Program-made: the position numbers and the translations under genes
Notes under the pieces: model-generated
The model's database searches: none
Told to the model about the DNA's origin: nothing
What the model saw: only the letters and a program-made list of their open reading frames with translations
Shown: positions 58,036 through 64,000 of the stretch, piece after piece
Numbering within the stretch: the first letter of the stretch is position 1
Layout of the letters: each line of letters starts with the position of its first letter
Assembly: GCA_024704765.1 (NCBI GenBank)
Contig: JAKMXF010000001.1
Location: 29,493 to 93,492 of the forward strand
Length of the DNA: 64,000 bases
Direction of reading: 5' to 3'
DNA from: Oopsacas minuta
Taxonomy: Eukaryota > Animalia > Porifera

Positions 58036-59010
58036 CCTTAAGGTATAACTATATGGTGAGACCTGATGGCTTGGACAGGCAAGTTTGATTTGAAAAATTA
58101 TAGAAAATATTCGTTTGCAAGAAATATTTAGCAAGAAGACGAGAACTTGAGCTTTCCAAATTATATACATGGATATGTGCCTGTCCGTGTATTTTGTTAC
58201 TTTGTTTACCTAGTATGTAAATTCGTTTGGAACTATCTAAGAGGATGGGAATTGCTAACGCCATTAAAAGCGAAAGAGTCAATACTTGTAACTCCCAAAG
58301 GAAAGATTGCCAAAATTAATCAAAAATTATGGTGGATATAGCCACTAAACCACCGGATTAGTCGAGCACTGCAAATTATCACAATATTTGTATCACCATA
58401 TCCAAATTAATCCAATAAAAGTTGTATGTAAAATTGACAGGATTTATAGGAAACTGCGAGGGACGGCATTTATTGTAAAGATATTTAGTAAAGAACAATT
58501 TGTAGGTACATATTAGTAGTCCGTCTGATCGACATCGTTCAAGTTAATGATTCACAGCCTGCCCTATATTCTTGCATTCGTATCAAATTATTTCATTGTT
58601 TCCGAAGGCAAAGTTTACTAATTAATGAATTACTCAAAGAATAAGAGAATATTCAATGTAGTTAAATTCATTCTATATTATTTGGACCGAAATATGATCA
58701 CCGCACCCTCCAAGTTTCCTAGAAAATCATAGCAAATTGCTTCGAGAAATTTGAAAAATACTCAATATTTTAACAATTTCCGAATAGACTGCCGTATTCG
58801 TTCTAGGTTAAGCGCCACTGGCTGTTAAAGGCGGGTTTCCTGATCCTGTTAAAAGGCAATCCCAAAGGAATAATTCATTCAGGGCCATCTGTATGATGTA
58901 AGGCCATGCAAATTGATTTGAGCCATTCCCCAAAATTGCTTTTTCAAAATATACTACAACATTTACATCTTGTGATTTATTACTATCGGGTTTTCTAACA
59001 ATCAGTTATC

Positions 59011-59733
59011 ATGAAGACTGTAAGAACATTTTCCAAATTATTACGTCTACTACACAACACATCCTGTATCCCCTCGTGTGACACATCAAAAGTCCGTGTG
59101 CATGCCAGATTCATACATAATACTGTTGTCCTGTCAGCCCCTATTCAGAAGAAACCTGCTAATTCCTATGCAAGGTTCGTAAAAGATATGTACCAAGAAA
59201 TTTCACAATTCGAAGAGAAGGCTAAGGCTCCTAGAGTAATGTCAATGATTGCTAATAAATGGAAGACAATGACAGAAGAAGAGAAAGAAAAATACACACT
59301 AGCATATGAGGAGGATAAGAAAGAATGGTTAAAGAATTATGAGAATACTACAGATGAAGAGAAAGTAGCTTACAAAGAGAAGATCAAAATAAAGAGAGAA
59401 AGGAGAATAAAAGCTGAAGTTAAAAAGAAAAAGAAAAAGAAATCTGATGTAGATCCCAGAGAAAACTACCAGAAATTAAGTTCTTTAGCTGTATTCAACT
59501 ACGAACGCTATTACACGATACGTAGAGAGTTCCCAGCTCTAAAACAGCAGGATTTATTCAAGTTGATGATACATGAATGGAATAACCTTCCCCATGATCA
59601 AAAGAAACGCTATCAAGATATGGCTGCTGCAATGCGAGCTAAATCCAAAGCGACAATGTTGCTATACACCTTTATGGAATTATACGATGAATGTTATATT
59701 GCTCGTCCTGGAGAGAGTCTCTACCATAATTAA
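59011..59733 (+). CDS. TFAM: Mitochondrial HMG-box protein, TFAM-like (copy 1)
   Basis: Presequence-like N-terminus, HMG box KKPANSYARF...IANKWKTMTEEEKEKY, second HMG-like box (EWNNLPHDQKKRY). Confidence 0.72.
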   Translation: MKTVRTFSKLLRLLHNTSCIPSCDTSKVRVHARFIHNTVVLSAPIQKKPANSYARFVKDMYQEISQFEEKAKAPRVMSMIANKWKTMTEEEKEKYTLAYEEDKKEWLKNYENTTDEEKVAYKEKIKIKRERRIKAEVKKKKKKKSDVDPRENYQKLSSLAVFNYERYYTIRREFPALKQQDLFKLMIHEWNNLPHDQKKRYQDMAAAMRAKSKATMLLYTFMELYDECYIARPGESLYHN

Positions 59734-60311
59734 TAAAATGAATTCTATTCTTTAGAGATTAGATTAGATTTCGCCTTATAAAAGTAAAGCTATTCGTGCT
59801 TTTTCAACAATTATTTGAATCTTTATGTAATTTCATACTTATTTAATATCGAATAATTACAAATCTAAAGCCCACTATACACAAAGGCGTTGTGTGTGGT
59901 GGGCTTAATGCTGTTTTCAAGGCAAGTAAAATTCCAGAATTTATACATATTTACGATGATAGTCAATTTACTTGTGTGTTTGTAAAGTTCTCATAGAGTC
60001 AGTTAACTTGTTGGAGCTAAATATTTAATAATTAATGGTAATCGTAAGAAGGACGTCCATTGAGAACTTGCCAATAGTCTCCATGAATACAAAAATCACA
60101 AGTAAGATCACTTGGCTTAATGATACGAGTGGGGGGTCCTAGGATTTTGCATACCCGGGGCCGGGTCGGGGCCAGGGTTTCAAATTCGGGGCAAATGCCC
60201 CGTTTGCCCCCTGGATACGAGCGTTAGGTGTCATAAAATTGAAACTAGGCCATGGGTAGAATTTCGCAACATCTAGAGGTTTTCTCAGTTATCTAAAGCA
60301 CTTAAGTTATC

Positions 60312-60980
60312 ATGAAGACAGTTAGAACATTCACATCAATAGTCCGTGTGTATACCAGATTCATACATAATACTGTTGTCCTGTCAGCCCCTATTCAGAA
60401 GAAACCTGCTAATTCCTATGCAAGGTTCGTAAAAGATATGTACCATGAGTTTTCACAATCCGAAGAGAAGGCTAAGGCTCCTAGAGTAATGTCAATGATT
60501 GCTAATAAATGGAAGACAATGACAGAAGAAGAGAAAGAAAAATACACACTAGCATATGAGGAGGATAAGAAAGAATGGTTAAAGAATTATGAGAATACTA
60601 CAGATGAAGAAAAAGTAGCTTACAAAGAGAAGAAAATTTTACAAAAGGAAATATTTAAGAATTCTTCCATGTATAAGCAAAAAATGATTGAGGCAGAAGC
60701 TAGAAAAAAATTTCTTAATATTGACTCTAGATCTATTTATATTTTCGAGCGCTATCATTACATACGCAAAGAGTTCTCTAAACTCAATCAAAAGGAAATA
60801 ATGAAGTTAATGATGTATGAATTGAGCAAACTTGATGAGCTTCAAAAGAGACGCCTTGAAAATATTGCCTCTGCAATAAGAGTTAAAGCCAAAGAGAACA
60901 AATTACCGTTAATATTCAATGATCTATACGATGAATGTTATCTTCCTCGATTAGGGGAGAGTATTATGATAAAAAAATAA
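60312..60980 (+). CDS. Mitochondrial HMG-box protein, TFAM-like (copy 2)
   Basis: Tandem paralog. First HMG box is near-identical to copy 1, the second is divergent, and the presequence is 17 codons shorter. Confidence 0.72.
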   Translation: MKTVRTFTSIVRVYTRFIHNTVVLSAPIQKKPANSYARFVKDMYHEFSQSEEKAKAPRVMSMIANKWKTMTEEEKEKYTLAYEEDKKEWLKNYENTTDEEKVAYKEKKILQKEIFKNSSMYKQKMIEAEARKKFLNIDSRSIYIFERYHYIRKEFSKLNQKEIMKLMMYELSKLDELQKRRLENIASAIRVKAKENKLPLIFNDLYDECYLPRLGESIMIKK

Positions 60981-62149
60981 ATGTATATTTATACATACAA
61001 AATATTGTTCACATCATTGATTGAATATTATGTCCTTTGTATGTGTCATATTATAGTTTACATTCATTGTTTTATAATTAAGAGCTAAAACGAATATACG
61101 TTTGGTATATATCAAACGGACATTCTTTGATAAATCAAAGTTTAATGCATATACTTTCACCCAAAGATTGCTGAACACAGCCATATTAGTTAAATTTATA
61201 ATATTCAGATATGCGAGCTAAACGGAAATTACAATTATATCACAAAATGGGTATACTTAATAGTTTTGGACGATATTTTAAAGCACACCAATATGTAAGT
61301 TATAACTATTACTATCGCAATGAAAGCAATGGATCTCTAATAGTACTTTTCCTGTTAGGAATATCGATATATTTCCCAACATTGCTTTCAATAAGTCTCC
61401 TGATAAAGTCTTCGTTGGATACTGTTTCATCAGGATTAGGGAATAATTCAGAAATTAATTTATTCGAAATATTGGGTTTCATCTTTCTCAAATAGAACAT
61501 AGCCATTCTCCCAGAGATAACCCCCGATTTAGTACTAAATAGTGTTCTTGTCATAATGTGATTATATTTCATTTTCGCTCATTCTTTGTATCGGCCAAAC
61601 CTGGTCTAACAGTTCTTCTTTATGACTGATCTTTTTCTTCGGACTACCTTTAGAAATCTGCTTAAATTTTCTTAATTCTCTTTCTAGTCGATTCATCTCT
61701 CGAATAACAGAACCATCTATAAAATCTCTCCCCTCGCAATAAGACTTAACCTCCAGACATTGTTCTATTACCCTGTTGATTATAGTTTTTTCATTTTGTC
61801 TAGGGTTATCCTCACCCTAATGTACCTGTTATTGCTTTTACTCACAGTCCTTGATAGAGCTACGTTTCTTCTAAGATTCTCACGTACATTCAATAATGCT
61901 ATATATCGAACTTCGGCAAATTGTAAGCTATATTTTTGACATGATGAAACAGTAAGAGCTAAGTGTGTAAGCGGGCCTTACATCATACAGAGGGTACAAC
62001 ATAATATACGTATTACATCTTACAGCAAATGAGATTGTAGAGCATAAATCAATATGAATTATATCATAATTTAATTACCTATAAGTAAGACTAAATTTAT
62101 ATATTCAAACATAATAACAATATCAATAACTAACACTACTTGTGAATAA

Positions 62150-63531
62150 TTCAACACACATGATACAAATTGTAGCCAATCTCAAAAAGAAGCTTTATTC
62201 GATCATGATGGTGAAACTTCTCACAGAATAGTTTATTTAGTTCTTGGTTCGTTGGCATATGTAATCGTGTGGCCTTTCTTAGTGTACGATTTCAAATGTG
62301 TCCCATTTGGAAGGATCACAGCGGTTCTTGTGAAAGCTCTCTTGATGGTAATGTTTCAGGTAATCTCACAGGATGATGTGTTTTGTATTTTGGGAGAGAA
62401 TGCCAATTTACAGACCCTTTGTCTGCTTTTGGGTATGATGATATTTGCGTATTATTTGGAGAGAGAAGAAATGTTGTCGTAAGTATTGAGGCCACTAATG
62501 AGAACATGTCGATCCTTCTATGCGATTCTCTGGCTCTTGTGCCTCTTGTCAGCATTCCTATCAGCTCTGATTACAAACGACGCTACCTGTGTCCTCCTAA
62601 CCCCGCTTCTTCTACAAGAACATAAACGTCAAAAGCGCAGCAAGCAAGAATACCTTCCCCTATTGCTAGGCATTGCTACCTCTTCAAACATTGGCAGTGT
62701 AGCTACTGTAATGGGTAATCCTTAAAATGCTTACATTGCAGCCAAAAAGGTATCAGTCTTCATCAACACATTCCTTTCCCTTTTTCTTGCAGCTATGATA
62801 GGACTCGTCATCAACACCTTGCTGCTGTACTATACACATAGCCCTAGTTAATGTCAGGAATATTCACTTAAGGAGATTCTTCTGGTGTTCTATCCTATTC
62901 TTCCTTGCCCTAACAATCATCCTGCTATGTTTCCCAGACGAACCTAACAGCACATACCATTTCGACTTAGGACTGATTCCAGTTGCATGTGCTAGCATCT
63001 TGATGATAATAAACGGAGTTGTGAATAAGGAAAGTGGCAATAGAGTGGTGAGACATATCGACTGGGGGTAATATTACTGTTCTGCGGTTTACTCGTGTGG
63101 TTAGGTGGCTTCAAGAAAACCAACCTTCCCATAGCGCTTTCCTGGTCCTCAAGGATGCAATGAAAATGAGCCAGGTCGGAGGTGTTTTGCTATTTACAGT
63201 GTTTATTATTGTAGGTTCCAACCTGCTCAGTAACGTACCCATGGTATTTCTGATCGTGGACTACATCAGCTGTCTACCAGGAGTGAAAGGGGGACATGCT
63301 AACACACTAGTGACTGGTTTGTTGCTGGCATGGATATCCACAATAGCTGGTAATTTCACACTGTTTGGAAGTGTTGCTAACTTGATAGTTGCAGAAAAGG
63401 CGAAGCAACACATCGACTATCAATTTGGATTCTTCTCGTATTTGTTTTTTGGACTCTTGTCAACATTTGTTGTTTTGTTTGTTGGTCTACCAATTGTTTA
63501 TTTCTTAGGACATCTTGTTGTCAAGATCTAA
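62150..63531 (+). pseudogene. Lsi2/ArsB-NhaD-type transporter pseudogene
   Basis: GRITAVLVKALLMVMFQVISQDD, ITNDATCVLLT, SSNIGSVATVMGNP*N, IDWG, SNLLSNVP, WISTIAGNFTLFGSVANLIVAE. In-frame TAA at 62480, 62723 and 62849, plus frameshifts (~62850, ~63065, ~63135). Confidence 0.88.
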
Positions 63532-64000
63532 GTTTTGTTTATGTATATTTGTTTTTATAATTCGTGTATTGATTAGTTACATAGTTTTTCCTCAGACATC
63601 ATATGGTTATATTATACTATGTATTGCATGTTTATACTGTACTGTGAAACTCGCAGGTATTAACTCAATATACCTGGACAAACGAAAGTTTATACAAAAT
63701 AAACTGAGTCGTGGACGCGTGATTCTCAGCTGATTGATTATTACACAGCCCTGCGGAAAAAAAAATTTTATTTGCTGATTGTTATTGCAAAACATTTTCT
63801 AATCCACATTTTAATTCTGATTTTGAATAATGTTGTAAAATATACGTATCACGTCTAGTTTTTTTACAAAATTATTTTTAAATATTGGTTATTTATCGAT
63901 GAATGCATATACCTCTCAAGTAAAATAGTGAAAATCTGGCATTTATAAATTTTTACTAAGAATTACAATAAAATTTTTATTGATAATATAATCTTAGTTA

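Noticed and set aside
62480-62851. TAA read as Gln (alternative genetic code) in the Lsi2-like gene
   Set aside because: Many intact genes here terminate at TAA, and the locus also has frameshifts; pseudogene is the simpler reading.
1-64000. tRNA, rRNA, SL RNA or snRNA genes
   Set aside because: None recognised by eye; a covariance-model scan (tRNAscan-SE/Infernal) would be needed to exclude them.
1-64000. Prokaryotic operon or defence island
   Set aside because: Spliceosomal introns, KDEL/SKL/CAAX signals and metazoan genes show that the window is eukaryotic.

Overview
AT-rich, gene-dense, intron-poor eukaryotic (metazoan) genomic window. The gene set (DOCK-D, FBXO31, an Ig-superfamily receptor, NHL-repeat genes, an Lsi2/ArsB-like transporter) and compact architecture suggest a sponge, possibly a glass sponge; this is inference only. 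About 25 protein-coding loci: XPOT (partial), DUF1295, NHL-repeat genes/pseudogenes, an atypical Ras, FBXO31, an Ig receptor, an ADA-like/LOG fusion gene, three choline kinases, SNF8, PRORP, DOCK9/10/11, calumenin/RCN, carnitine/choline acyltransferase, ferredoxin, MOSPD2, two CYP4s, USP2-like, GLTP, FOXRED1, STEEP1, PGP and two TFAM-like genes. Also present are decayed RPB5 and Lsi2-like copies and many small DNA-transposon relics. Most notable: (1) an apparently catalytically dead adenosine-deaminase barrel fused to a LOG phosphoribohydrolase, split by a frameshift and nested antisense in an intron; (2) three paralog pairs with sharply bounded near-identical tracts, where CYP4 differences coincide with substrate-recognition sites; (3) YAG splice-acceptor-like sites just before many start codons and a 12-nt intergenic gap, suggesting SL trans-splicing/operons. 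All comparisons were made by eye; no searches were run.
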